Part shown: one piece after another, positions 1-14,046 of the stretch | How the letters are laid out: every line of letters begins with the position of its first letter | Position numbering within the stretch: the stretch's first letter is position 1 | DNA from: Eledone cirrhosa | Taxonomy: Eukaryota | Assembly (NCBI GenBank): GCA_964016885.1 | Contig: OZ024741.1 | Coordinates: 178,808,001 to 178,872,000, forward strand | Reading direction: 5' to 3' | DNA: 64,000 bases | Notes under the pieces: model-generated | The model's database searches: none | Told to the model about the DNA's origin: nothing | What the model saw: only the letters and a program-made list of their open reading frames with translations | Made by a program: the position numbers and the translations under genes

Positions 1-573
1 TTCTCTTCGGGTGAAACATGAAGAAGTTAATTAGGGCTTCGCCGAAGAAGAAAGTGCTTGTCTTTAACCCTATCAAGCGCATTCACCACATGACCTCTTT
101 CGCCATCACCACCAGGCAGATACAAACTGCATGTCCTCCCTCTCTAAAGGAAGACGGTGGAGTGATCTTCACAATGAAGTCAGCTGATAGGCGGATCCGT
201 CCAATACGTGATAGCAGGTGTTCGGCTAAACCCACAAGTCAGCCATACTCGGACACTTGACGAGTAGGTGCAAGACAGTTTCGTCGCCCTGCGAGCATCT
301 TAGATAATTCTGGCTGACGGCACTTCTATGCCTGTATAGTTTATCTCAAACTGCCAAAGCTACTCGGTAGCACTACAAGGCCAGCGATTTCTGGAAGTTA
401 TCCATGGACCCTGGGCTGAAGCACCTCTGGAAAAGAGTGACTAGTTGATTTTCGTCGAGCTCTAGAATCACCCCCAAGAACGTCGTCACACTGACCGCCA
501 CTAAACCTCTAAAGAAAGGTGTGGTGCAGTTTCCACCGATCGCACAGTATGGTTGGCTGAGAGCGGTGAGCAC
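1..573 (-). mobile_element. Tx1/L1-like LINE ORF2 3' fragment, degenerate
   Basis: ORF 373..573 (FFRGLV...FQRCFSPGSMDNFQKSLA) aligns with 58190..59230 (FYRGLV...FGRTFSPGPMDNFQKSLAW). The minus strand continues as RCSQGDETVLHLLVKC...MAKEVMW with stops. Confidence 0.8.
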
Positions 574-593
574 ATGAAGATATTCCAGCTTCC

Positions 594-812
594 AATAATG
601 ATTTCTACTATAGGCACAAGACCAACAATTTTGGGGAAGGGAAAAGTCGATTAAATCGACCCCAGTGCGTTACTGGTGCTTTATTTTATCGACCCCGTAA
701 GAATGAAAGACAAAGCTAACCTCGGCGTGATTTGAACTCAGAACGTAAAGGGCCGTAATACTATTCCGCAAAGCATATTGCCCGACGCTCTACTGATAAT
801 GCCAATTCACCA
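594..812 (-). mobile_element. tRNA-derived SINE, dominant family of the window (long variant)
   Basis: Minus strand has an A-box-like TGGCATTATCAG, a B-box GAGTTCAAATC, the core CTTTCATTCTTACGGGGTCGATAAAATAAAGCACCAGT and an ATT tail. More than 25 similar copies occur in the window. Confidence 0.85.
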
Positions 813-3736
813 TCAATAATAATAGAACTGCAAGTCACTCCCCACCTAACATTTTGTAAATGATATATTTTCAGAAATGTTGGTAATTCTGTACATTCCA
901 TTTACTTGAAATGGCAGTCTTGAAGTGATTCCATACTTCCAAGTTTAATCTGTCGGTAGTTCTTCTGAAGTTTTTATATATAGGCTAGTTGTCGGAATTC
1001 AAACAAATAGATTAGCTTTTATGACTTGGAACTATCCACAGATATTCTGAGTGCATTCCACTTCCTTGCAGAATGTTTGTCTAATTCTTTGGCCGAGAAT
1101 CCGTTATAAGCCGTTTTGTTTCGTCTATCGTTTTACATTTCGTTTATTCAATCAACTTTGACTCTTGTCTACTTTACACTTATATTTTTCTATATAAATA
1201 TGTCTTCATATATGACTGTTCTTTATGTTATGGTGTTTTGATTGTTATATTATAACCGGTCCCGGTGCGTTGGTGTTTAGTAACCTAGGCTAGCTCTACT
1301 TTATGTATCCCACTTTCCGAAATAAAATAATTTCAAGTAATAGTTTTGCAAGCTTATTAATCTAGTATTGACACTTCATTTACTTAGTTTTTGATATTTC
1401 TTGCTCTGACCACACCAAGGTAAATATTATGTTTGCATTTTCACTACTCAGTCAACATCTTCAGGCCAAATCATATAACAGATCATAACCCCGTGCAACC
1501 CTCTCTACCGTTTTCAATACTTCGACAATGCTGTTATGCGGCAAAAATGTTAAACGATTGTCTATTGAACGTAGAAAATCATTGTATATTTAATTATACA
1601 AGTTTGTATAAATTGTATAAAACTACGATATTTAAGTTTTAGTAATGCACCTCTCTGAGATGTGTGCTCTAGGCGGTTGCCTAGTTGGTCTTAATGGTAG
1701 TACTGGCCTTGTTTCCAAAACTTATTTTGACTATTTTTAAAGAATATATTTTATCATACCCCCACACCACCCCACCACCCAAACGCATACACACACACAC
1801 TGCAAAGATAATTAAAACTTATAGTTTTAAAATTAAATTGGAATGAATTTTTTTAATGATTTTATTTAATCATTTATTGAATAATTGAAGGTGACAGTTT
1901 TACGAGCAACTACAAATTTGTACCCTTTGATGCTTCCCTCCTTCCTCATTCCTCATCTTCCATTGACACCCCTACCTTCTCATGGAGCTACCAACCTTCT
2001 CAAGTGACTACTTTAGCAATCACTGTTTTATAAAGTCATATTTCATTGATGTTAATATTTTTTATGATCTCAGTCAAAATTGTGTTCTTCATTTGTCTAA
2101 TATTTTGTTTTAAAATGTAATTCATGTAAAAGAGGCGACTTTAGTCTTGGAAGAGTAGCCTAGTCAAACAACTACGTATGGGAGTTTTCTTAAGTTAAAT
2201 CTATTTTCCTTTTTTTGTGTTACTGCACAGTAAGTAGTCACTTTCTATGTGGCTTTTATGTAAATCCTTCTCTATAATATTGCAACTATACAGTATTGTT
2301 GGCATTGAAAAATTTAGTGGTGGCATCCATTTTATTTTCTGCAATTGGTTTGTTGTATATCATTTGGAGTATTCTCCGGTGAAATTAATTTCATTTCTTA
2401 TGTTCCTTTTCCATTATCCTTCACTATATGATTACTTTTGGAAGTTCCAGTCCACCATCCAATCCATCACAGAATAGAGCTCTGTCAGCTTTATATTTAT
2501 AAATGAGGCTTTAGCATAGTTGTTCAAGCGAAATCGCTTGCCTGTATCATTGCTTATTGCATCTTATTGCTTTGCTAATAAATCCGGCAGTTCAGGTACG
2601 CTTCCATAAAGACTTCAGTATGTGTTTGACATGGACACAAAATGTTTGACCTTCCGCTTTCTCTACAATTTACATCCAATTTAGTGTCAATAAAGGCACA
2701 TTTTGCCTGTTTAACAGGGAAAGAACCTGAAAGACACCCTCACTTCTCGTGAATAACTCCCAATTTAAACGATGCTGCGACTCGGGGTGCACTCTTCTGG
2801 AATATCTATATCATTTTATTGTATATACTACTGTTTCAATTTATATTAAAAAATAAGATATACCTCAGCTCTGAACAGTATTTTACTCCCTTAATAATAC
2901 ATATTGCTCCTACACAAATAACATATTGCTCCTCTACCTGAAATCTCCCCCTCACTTTGATTGCTTTTATCCTAACCCGTATTAAGACAAAGCTATTCAT
3001 CTACCTGATCGATAAACTCCACAGTTTGCACCAATGAGAGAGTTCTCTTCGTAATTACAGATCTCTTAAAACTAACAACCATATTTCTCTCATATCTCAT
3101 GAAACTACCTTGCATAATAAGCTAAAAGTTGACCTCGTTTGGATTTGAACTAAAGATGTAAAGAGCTCGAAGATATACCACGTAGCACTTTGTTCGACGC
3201 CCCAATAATTTTGTCAAACCACCACACTAGATAGAGTTATAATAACGTTTTCAATTTTGCAGTATTAATTATCTCACAAAATGATTTTAGCGCCAAGCGG
3301 GATAAAGGCGACAATAAAGATCTTAGAGATCGTATTTTAAAGTGTTAATTCGTAATAAAACATCTGAATTGGATACTATTTATTTTATATTGTTGCAGTT
3401 TTGTAGTTGATAGAAAATTGATTGTTTAATCCCAGTTTTGTTTTAGTGTTCATCTGGGAACTGTCAGATATTGGAGCTTAGTTATATTACATATAAACAA
3501 TAACACAACAATTATCATTAGTTTCCAATGTGCATTAATGGTATATAAGCATTACCTCTTCTTTAACTGAAATAATTATAATTTCAATACTTCCCATCGA
3601 AGTTAAGTAAACACTATTCTTAACAGAACTGCAGGGTGGTCGATTGGTCGAACCGTTAAGGCGTCGGACAAAATTTTATGTAGCATTTAAATTAAATACA
3701 GTTCATTAGTTCCAAGTTTCTTTCACACACACTCAC

Positions 3737-3806
<70 letters not shown>

Positions 3807-4523
3807 GACGATGAATTTGTTTTGTAACGTTCATGATATGAAATCGTGTGTTGAAACAAATATTGCTATATTCGGGGAGGGTCATCTAATAATATATAAT
3901 TCTCTTGTGTTTTTGTACATCACGCAAAGGGAGATAAATCCTCTATGTTTCAGTATTATGTAAATACATGCATATACATAAACATTATACAAAATAATGA
4001 TTACATACACTCACATCTAAGTGGTGAGTGTGGAAGGAAGGGGGCTGTGACAAACTATAGAAAACAGAGAACAGCTTTCGCTACACCTGTGTTACTCATA
4101 CATATAAATGTATACATATGCACACACACATACTCACACACACATATGTGTACATGTAATAATTATTTTCTCTGAGTCTGCTTACGTATGTTTGTGTAGA
4201 TGTGTGTGTATGTAGTAATTAATTTTAACTAGAGTTCTTAGATTGGCTACACTTTTGTGAGTGTATGTGTGAGTGTTTGTGTTGTCAAAGGAGCCAAGTC
4301 CCTAGCAATATCGAAATAAATTAGAATTATCAAGAATATAAAACGACCGCAGTTGAAAAGTATATATACAAATACACATCTACCCTTTAGCCGTCATAAT
4401 GATAAAACACACTCACTGTTTGATTTGGATTGGTTTTCGCTTATGTATATTTTATCTCTCTATAGTTAATTTAGCTAGCAATCAATGTTCATCATTGATT
4501 GACGAACGGTTAAAAATATAGAA

Positions 4524-4583
<60 letters not shown>

Positions 4584-4979
4584 AAGTTATTTCATCACAC
4601 ACCTGTGACATTATCAGTGGTACTATTATGTTTCCTCCCGTTGTATTGCAATGTATATTCTATTTATATCTTCTGGTCTCTGTTTGCGCATACGTTTTTG
4701 TGTGTTTTCTGTTTGGTGTGTTTTCGTTTCTAAGTCTGTGTATTCTATCTTTGCTCACTAGTGTGTGTATGTGTGGTTGTTGTTATTGTACTTGTATATA
4801 GTTATTTATATTTATCTGAGTTCACTATTGTGTGTTTGTCTATGGTTGTTGTTGTTGTTATTCCATTCATTTTTTCTGTTCAACCTTTTTTCTTAGTTCT
4901 ATTTCAGTTGCCTCTCTCATTTGTCTACATGTTGAGTCATTTCAATGTTTAGATATTATTTTAATTTCTATGTTGTCTA

Positions 4980-6205
4980 TATTACCTTCATATCTTCGTC
5001 TGGCGTGTTGATATAGTACCGAACCGTATTTTTGTCCTTTTAGTACACCCCAGTGTTGGTCTAATCCATCCCCTATGCTCCGAACTGTCTCTCCTATGTA
5101 TGTCATTGTCATATTTCTGCAAGTACCCTATCTTATGTTTCTAGTTTTACAATTTATTTGTGGATTTATTCTACATATAACACATTTCTTGTTAGTACAC
5201 TGAGTTTTCTTTTTTGCTGATCAGTGATTTTCTGGTAGTTCCTGGCTTTTCTATCACTTTAATCTTTAAATGCGTCTTTCTTAGGGCATTTCTACATTAG
5301 TTAGCTAATTCGCCTCCCGAGGTTGCATCCACCAACATGACACTCTGGTATCTCTGATTGTCGTACCATGAAATGACTTTCCCTGTCTTTTATCTAGTCC
5401 TATGCTATTCCATGATTTGCTCCTGGCCAGTGGGCAAATTCCTTTCATGTCCATTTCTACGAAGGTCATATATTTCTCTGTGGGTCAATTGTACTCCTTG
5501 ATTCTGTCTCTTTGGTTGTAGCCAGAGAACTGCATGCGATTGATGAAGTGCTGTAAGTGTCTTTCCAGTTCAGTTGGATCGCACATACGGGACACATTCT
5601 TCATCACTCTTCCTAAGTCTGGCGACCAATTAAACTTAGCACTATTGGATATCGCTGAGTTTTTGTGTATAAGGTATCTGGAGGCCATGGGTTTAGCATA
5701 ATGTGAGTGGTGAATTTGGGTTTTCTCGTTTATCTAGACTTCAGTGTCTGATACTGGTAGTCTATTGTTAGGGTGTTTGGAAGGGTAGTCGATAGTTACT
5801 GTTGTATGGAATTAGCTATCTGCTGGATGCTCTTCATTGTGTTAGTTTCTAATTCGGGTTTATTGTTACTCTCTTGTGGGGATGTTTTTATTACTATATT
5901 GATATCATCTACGTCACGAGGGATATGGAGTTCCCTTCTAGGAATTCACTGAGTCTCCTTTCCCACCATACCATAAATAAGTTGGCAACATCGCCAGCTA
6001 TGCTGATGCCAATGGCCACTCCCTCATACTGGGCGTAAATTTTCTGATTAAATTTAAACATGTGGCCCTTTAGGGTAGTTTTAATTATATCCTCTACCGC
6101 ATGTGCGATCAATTTTCTCACCTGGACGTTGTTCTTGTGTGTCAGTAGGGCTTTGGCCCATTCATTCCATCTTCCTATGGGAGTCTTTTTAGACATTGAA
6201 TCTAA
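4980..6205 (-). mobile_element. Penelope-like retroelement relic (RT, Cys linker, GIY-YIG), Neptune-like
   Basis: Minus-strand peptides FKFNQKIYAQYEGVAIGISIAGDVANLFM (PLE RT), KPMASRYLIHKNSA, RMQFSGY, CTNKKCVICRINPQINCKT and YIGETVRS (GIY-YIG), with several stops and frameshifts. Confidence 0.85.
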
Positions 6206-6279
6206 TAAGCGATTGCAATACTCTAGCAGAGTTTGCAGCCATCGTGTATGCATGTATGTATATATATATATATATATAT

Positions 6280-6658
6280 GTCTAATGGTAGCTAAGATGC
6301 TTCCATAGGCGGTATGCCGGTTGAGCACTCTATGCTCCTACGGAGCAGAGTATTATAGAATGGAAAACGAAAAATCAATGATGCATCGGAAATCAATTTA
6401 TTGTGTGTTACAATTGTTTCCCCGGCGAACAGCTCCAGGTGCGATCTGTGTGTGGATCGACCTGATTCTAGACTCGCAGGTTCCTCGGACACGTCTATAA
6501 AGAGGATATGCTCCGAAATCAATAGACGTGTCCAAGGAACCTGCAAGTCTAGAGTCAGGTCGATCCACACACAGATCGCACCCCTAGCTGTTGGCCGGGG
6601 AAACAATTGTAACACAATAAATTGAGTTCCGATGCATCTCTGATTTTTCGCTTTCCAT

Positions 6659-6661
<3 letters not shown>
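6280..6661 (-). mobile_element. Fold-back + tail element (PLE pLTR-like), family A
   Basis: Inverted arms 6357-6497 and 6523-6661, tail 6280-6356 containing GAGCACTC, flanked by (TA)n/(TC)n. Related to 38512-38878 and 13604-13760. Confidence 0.75.
6403..6495 (-). ncRNA. Degenerate type-I hammerhead ribozyme with expanded stem II
   Basis: gtgt CCGAGGA [about 60 nt] GAAAC aatt GTA acac. The core has U4>C and stem I is gtgt/acac. Confidence 0.5.
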
Positions 6662-6726
<65 letters not shown>

Positions 6727-7100
6727 TATATTGACATAATTGTGGTTACAATTTCTCTGCGTCTCCATTTTTTTATTTTTTTTATTTTACTTTGATTCTC
6801 CTTAAACTGGGAAACAGAGCTTGATATTTCATCCGCTTGTTGGTTTTTCATTAAAAGTTTCCTCTTCTTGTTTTCCATTTTGTCTTTGCTATTGCCACTT
6901 TTGTTTGTTTTGATATTAAGCCAAGCGATATTACAATGGATTATGTTGATAATCTCCTTGTGTCCAAGATTGCTTCTTCAAGCAATCACAGATACACACA
7001 CAAGCACACATAGATGCACACGCAAACATACACGCACAATCAAACACGCACACACGCAACCACACACACACATATATATATACACACACACACACGCACG

Positions 7101-7175
<75 letters not shown>

Positions 7176-7542
7176 GTATATACGACAACTCTATATTTCT
7201 TATTCCAATTAGAATTGTGGTCGTCCTAACGGAAATCATTATAAATATAGTCGATCATTATAAATAAAGTACTGGACACGGATACTTTACTCGATTTTCT
7301 CAACTATTGTTTATAGTGATCGACTAACATTAGAGTCATTTACGTTGAGACGATAACATTTCTTTTTTTTTACTGTGCCTCGTAAGTCAACAGGTTGTTC
7401 ACCTTTCTTATTTCGTATTTCATAAAAGGATTTTATGTTTGATTGTTTTAGTCCATAACTCTGGTTACCTTTTAAGTTTTCAATTTGATATACTTTCTTC
7501 TCATTCGGTTAGATTAGTTTAATATCATGAAATATCTTAGGT

Positions 7543-7770
7543 CTGGTGGATTGTCAGAATTGGTAGAGCGTCAGATAAAATGCCACTGTACATACTATTA
7601 TTTCTGGATCTTTACATTCTGAGTTCAAATCCCCTGCCCAAGTTCAACTTTACCTTTCATCTATCTGAGATCGATATAATTAAGTACCAATCAAGTATTG
7701 GAATTGATTTAATTATCATCACCTTTTCCCTTAAATATGCCTGCTTAATGTATAAATTATAAATCAATAT
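7543..7770 (+). mobile_element. tRNA-derived SINE (diverged)
   Basis: GGTGGATTGTCAGAATTGGTAGAG...GAGTTCAAATCC...GATCGATATAATTAAGTACCA. Confidence 0.7.
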
Positions 7771-8163
7771 TAAGAATTTGCTTGTTATTTTTCTTCTGGG
7801 TTATGTGTCATATTGTGTGCTCTGTCGTCAGATATATGTATTGTTACAAGGGTACAACTAACTTACCAACGAAATAGCAATGTTGTTATTGTTGCTTTAT
7901 TAGTACCACATAGCATGTCGTGCGATAACTGCCCTATTCATCTGTGTTCTAATTTCAAATTCCACCGAAATCAAATTCGTCTTTTATCCTTTTGGATTCG
8001 ATAACTGATGTGCGATCATGTGCTGTTGTATATTCTTCTCTCTCCCTACGTTTTTCTCTTCCTCTCTTACTTTTTCTCACTTACTTACTCTTCTCACTTT
8101 TTCTCCCCTTAACACTTTCTTTCTCTCTAGCCCTTTCTCTTTTCTTTTCTATCTATCTATCTT

Positions 8164-8219
<56 letters not shown>

Positions 8220-8248
8220 CGACAACCATGTCAACCCAATAGTATTAC

Positions 8249-8300
<52 letters not shown>

Positions 8301-10017
8301 CTATTTCGTTGACACGAATCTCGTCTTTTTTCCCTACTTTTATTATGAACGTTTCTGGATATCTTCAAGTCCGTGACATATCTCCCTTTTCTTGCATTAT
8401 TCGAGAGGTTATTGCTATTTAAATTAGATTTTATATTAAATTTCTTTCTTCTTCATCTCTTTCTTTGGATACTTTCATCCCTATTGTTGCCGGTTCGAAC
8501 GCTTGTAACAAAAAAAGTGGCTTCTATTTTAAGAGCATATTTTCATTTTAAGTACACACTTAAATATAATACTCACAGCCTTGAAGTTATATTGTTCCTT
8601 TGATTTTGTACGCCCTGTCATCCTCAGAAGTCACTGTATACAACGTATATATTTATTGCTCTTTTTTTTTCTAAATATGTCAATGCAACTCCTTTAGTAT
8701 TGTGTGGGTGGTTGTTTGTGCATTTGTGTAAATGTCTGTGCTGTGTATAGATTGCTGTGCTATCTGTAAGTGTTACTCTCTCGTGTATATACGTTTCAGT
8801 ATTGTTTATGAATGTTTTTGTGTGTATTGCTCTATGATTTTTTGTGTGTATCTGTTTCTGTGTTTGGTTGTGGTATGTTTTTATGTTATTTATTGTGTGT
8901 GATTTGTGTTCGCGCTGTGTGTTTCTGAGTCTGTCTCTGCGCGTATATGCCTCCATGTTTTGTGTGCATGCATGTTTCTCTGTGTATTTGTTTCTGTGTT
9001 GTGTGTATATGTGTTTTTTCCCCGTTTTCAACATCTACATACGATGTTTACCATAAACTTCAAATATTGCTTTGAAATTCTTTTTTTTTTACTTTTTCAT
9101 CATACACATGTTTGTTAGTATATCTATGGTGTAATGTTTAAAGGGTTTTAGACGATATATTTTTCTGAATTTATTTTGATGTTGGATGAACCACGGGCAA
9201 TAATTATAGTTCTTTATTTAATCATTTATTTGTAGATGCGGTTGTTCTTACAAATTTACTAAATAATGTGTTTAATAAGCTTAACGAATTTTCAGGCCTG
9301 TAAAGTTTGTAGTTGGACTGGGCTAAAGTGGGAGGCTTTGTTTCAATTCTCTGCCCCTTAGGCTATATCCGTCGCGCTAGCTAAGGCTGTCTTTTAACAG
9401 GGAGCAGCGTAGTGGTTGGATATGAACTAAACGTGTGCAAGTCGCTGATGTGAGCCTCGCGAGATGGAATGACTCTTCCAACACATCTCCCTTACCATCG
9501 TCTGGGGAAACGCCTTCTCCATTCTGTCCGCCGGAACTGAGGGGCTGGCCAGCACGTGGGACCCCATTTGCTCAAAATACAGAGAGATGGGGAGGGTGAG
9601 AGAGATGGAGGCAATGACAGAGGGGGTTCGACTCTTCCGTGTTCGGACCATATTCTTGTGGTTGTGTTTATTATCTACATCATGCGTTGTACTGACGTTT
9701 TAACTGACCGTCTAAGTATTGATGTTAATATAACTCTTCAGTTTTATTTTATATAATTTAGTTTCCAATTTTAATATCATTATGAAGTCTAATTTTTAAA
9801 TGCTTGAGTTAAATGGTGGAACTTAACGTGCATCGTGGAGTGGTTTTTGATTCTAGCATTGGACGATAGAAAAAATTGTGAATACCATCGCGTTTTAGCA
9901 TAATTTGCTTTAGTGCTGATTCTGAATAAAATGGTTTATTCTAAAGTTTATTTTCCTTACTAATCTATTGAGTGGTTAGTTTCAATTTTGAATGACTTTT
10001 AGATTTAATTCATTATT

Positions 10018-10210
10018 ATGGTGGATTGGCAGTATCGGTAGAGGGTCGGACGCCATGCTTTGACGCATAGAGTTACGGCCCTTGCCATTCTGAGTTCAAA
10101 TCCCGCCGAGGTTAACTTTGCCTTTCATCCTTACGGGGTCGATAAAATAAAGTACCAGTATTACACTGGAATAATTGCTGGCCTTGCGCCAAAAGTAGAA
10201 ACAATTATTA
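10018..10210 (+). mobile_element. tRNA-derived SINE (short variant)
   Basis: A-box TGGCAGTATCGG, B-box GAGTTCAAATCC and the family core. Lacks the GTCGATTTAATCGAC segment. Confidence 0.85.
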
Positions 10211-10314
10211 TCTTGGTGGAAATATTTTTGTATGGGTTTTGTGGGTGACAGTCATTGCGTGTGTATAGTGTATTTTATTGTTCTCATAGTTAATATGATT
10301 AGTTTCACTGCATA

Positions 10315-10408
<94 letters not shown>

Positions 10409-10436
10409 GTTATTGAAACTGATTATCATAAATACC

Positions 10437-11811
10437 TCGTTGATATGAATTGTGTTACCAAGTAAGATAAATCGGTCCAATATGAATAATCAACGAAGTG
10501 ATATGATATATATTGGTTCTTAGAAAAACAAGGCACAGTTGTTGATGTTCAATGATTCATTTATTAATACTGGAAATTCTCTTACACGGGTTTCAATACA
10601 TTACATAATTGACGGCCTGTGAAATCTGTATTATTTCATAACTCATTATTTCACGCTCCGCAATTTTTCTAATGGATTTCATCATAGAGAGTTCAGGGAG
10701 AAAATGATGTTAAAGGAGTGTAAAGTCATGTTTATATCGAAATTCTATAAAATTTATTTTTGATTAAACATACAGTAAAATAAAGCAGCATTGGAGAGGA
10801 CTAAAAATTCCATAAATAAGAGGAAAATAAGGGGAAGAGCAAGGAATAGTAGACAAAGAAAAGAAAGAAATTGGGAAGGGGGGAGGGTGACAGACTCTAT
10901 ACCTAGGTCAGAGTGGTGTTTCGACTGCACCCCGCCGACAAAATGGTAAAAGCATTTCCGCGAACAATAGACAGTGACACACGCTGCAACAGCCGGTTTC
11001 CTGGGGCTTCTACCTCTGACGGGCGGTCATCGTCTCGCTTTTACGGAAGAGGTCAGCTGTCCGGAGTCCGACGACACCTGAGGTCTCGACGGCGACCGGT
11101 ACAAAGAGGAAGCGGTCGGACAAGCTCAGGTATTTGCTTGACTTCCTGTCCTCTGCATTGCGAGCCGTGATACCGAGGTATGTGACCGAGATGATTAAGT
11201 TGGAGGCGGGCGGAATACACGCATAAATATGCCCTACACCTATACACTAATGGCTATAGATACATCCATAATTGTATGGGTATCGAGAATATGTATGCGG
11301 ATAGGTGTACAGAATTTCAATATAAATATGATTTACTCCCTTTTTAACATCATTTTCTCCCTTGAACACTATGATAAATGCATTAGAAAATTAACGGAAT
11401 GTGAAATAATGAGTTATGTAATAATTGTTTCTACTATTGACACAAGGCCAGCAATTATCCCAGTGCATTACTGGTACTTTATTTTATCGACGCCGTAAGG
11501 ATGAAAGGCAAAGTTAACCTCCCGCCGAGGTTAACTTTGCCTGGGATAATTGTTTATATTGAAATTCTATACACCTATCCGCATACATATTCTCGACACC
11601 TATAATGAGTTATGAAATAATACAGATTTCACAGGCCGTCAATTATGTAATGTATTGAAACCTGTGTAAGAGAATTTCCAGTATTAATAAATGTATCATT
11701 GAATATCAACAACTCTGCCTTGTTTTTCTAAAAGCCAATATATATCATATCACTTCGTTGATTACTCATATTGGACCGATTTATCTTACTTGGTAACACA
11801 ATTCATATCAA
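10437..11811. repeat. Large inverted repeat (PLE pLTR-like arms) with hammerhead-like relic
   Basis: 10437-10715 is the reverse complement of 11342-11418 plus 11602-11811. The right arm is interrupted by a SINE-containing insertion. Confidence 0.8.
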
Positions 11812-11963
11812 CCAGCTCAACTCACCCGGTAAACTTTCGTATCCTTTTTTTTTTGCATACGTACATGCACCCTACAATACAAAAGCGTGAAGTTGCCTAC
11901 AAAAAGCGAATACTTATATTGTATTTCATATACATGTATATGTTTGTGCGCGCGCGCGCGTGT

Positions 11964-12002
<39 letters not shown>

Positions 12003-12264
12003 TGTGTGTGTTTCATGCCCTGTATTTCTACTTAGTTGTGATGTTGGTAATAATATATGATATAATATTCCATATGCTTACATAATTCAAATAATCTATC
12101 AACTGTTTGGACGTCTCGGGTACCTGAGTAGAAATTACGTAACATACTAACAACCGAAAGCCTAGTGGTTCGAATCCTATCAGTGTCACATCATGGTGAG
12201 CATAACTGTGACACTTAACTAACACCGAATGGATTTAGCCAGTCACAAATAATCATATGGATGT

Positions 12265-12450
12265 ATCACAGCACAGGGTCTGTCATTGCACCATTATAAA
12301 TAGATATCACGGTATAGGGTCGTGTACAGCGAATGGTCGTATCATAGCATAGGGGCGTAACATTGTGCAGCTATAAATAAACATCACAACATAGGGTCCT
12401 ATTACTCCACAGCAATAAACAACACAGCATAAGGTCATATCACAGATTTA
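12265..12450. repeat. Degenerate tandem repeat, about 40-45 bp unit
   Basis: Recurrent ATCACAGCATAGGGTC-like unit, about 5 copies. Confidence 0.55.
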
Positions 12451-13603
12451 ATCTGGCGCACATACTTTAATACTTAATTTATGCCTATTGATAGGCGAGC
12501 CTTTTTGATATGCAAATTACTAACATTCCTCTCGGTGACTTCTATAGGTACCTCAATATCTCGGGTGTGGCATTTTTCTAGTTTTTCTGGGGTTGGCGGA
12601 TTGGCAGAGGAATTAAAGATGCTAGTATGTTCCTTGATCTGTATCTGTAGCCTCCGGACAGTGCTTCCAATGTATGAGCCACATTTTATTTTATTTGCAT
12701 ATATTATTTAAATGTGATTCGTGATCCGTGATAGGAGTAATGTTAGTGATGTTATTGATATAAACTTACAAAACTGCAATAGATGTCTTCCGTTAACTAT
12801 TGTGCAACACGTTAGTTTCGTATTTCGATAGATGTTTCAAAGAAATCACAAGATATCAGACTAGTGACTTCTGAGATTTGAGTTCATCTTCGATTGTAGT
12901 CGTTTCGTGGGCTCTCTTGACAAAACAATTGATTGAATTTATTTCAAATTTGTCTCTCGTTCCCATAACGTAACAGAAAATCGAGTTAATTACCTCCCTT
13001 GTGGTTTTTTTAGATTTGTGTCAGGTTTAGACAAATTGATTACTTCGCTAAGTCTATATATAAATCATTGTAGAAACAGTTAATTTCTTGTGATTTTATT
13101 TTAAGTTTTTCTCACTATTTGCCTTATTATATTTAGTTTACTATTTTTGTATATGCATTTTTCTATCTCTTCCATGTCCTCAACCATACATAAGACTTTG
13201 GTAAAGGATAATGAGTAAAATAAATATGGAGACAAAATAAATTGTTTTGTTGGCTTGTTTTAGAACTTGTATAATGTAAATTTTGTCTGTCTTCAGTTAA
13301 CACGGTTTGTGATGTTTGCTTAGAAAGTTGCTAGTAGTATCAGACTATTGCAAAATTTTCAATACCACACTCCTATTTTATTTCATTTTATTTTCCTACT
13401 AAAAGGTTACCAGTTTCAATCAGTAGACGTCGCCTTCAAAGTATTTTAGTCGCCGACCCTATCGACATCAGTACTTATTTTTTTCAAGTCTATTTTATCG
13501 ATCTAATTTTGTTGAACCACTAATTCACGCACATAAACATGACCACACACATACATATATGAATGCACACGCATTCATACGCACCAGCACACACACACAC
13601 ATT

Positions 13604-13759
13604 ATATATATATGTGATGCATCAGTGCTGCATCGGATCACAGATATATATATCTATATATATATATATGATATATATATGTGTGATCCGATGTATCACT
13701 GATTCTTCGTTTTCCATAGAGTGCTCAACCGGCATCCAGGCAACTGTACTACAACTATA

Positions 13760-13760
<1 letters not shown>
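13604..13760 (+). mobile_element. Short fold-back + tail element, family A
   Basis: ATCAGTGCTGCATCGGATCACA...TGTGATCCGATGTATCACTGAT, then the tail TTCGTTTTCCATAGAGTGCTCAACCGGCAT matching the reverse complement of the 6313-6390 region. Confidence 0.7.
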
Positions 13761-13829
<69 letters not shown>

Positions 13830-14046
13830 ACAGAGAAAGACAGATAGATAAAGAGAGAGAGAGAGTGACAGAGAGAGAGAAAGTTGTCCTTAAAAAATGT
13901 AGGATATAGACGACAGATATGCCATAATACATCTGAATCATATGTTTATTAATTGAGGGGTGAATTATTAATGCTATTATTACAACAATTAGTGCAATGT
14001 TATGCATCTTTCTTTCTAACATATTTACTACATATACATTATCATT

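Noticed and set aside
2300-2800. Coding-like minus-strand stretch (possible exon or transposase relic)
   Set aside because: The frames I read are interrupted by stops and I could not name a motif with confidence.
10018-10110. tRNA gene-like A/B boxes
   Set aside because: There is no cloverleaf or acceptor stem, and the boxes always continue into the SINE body.
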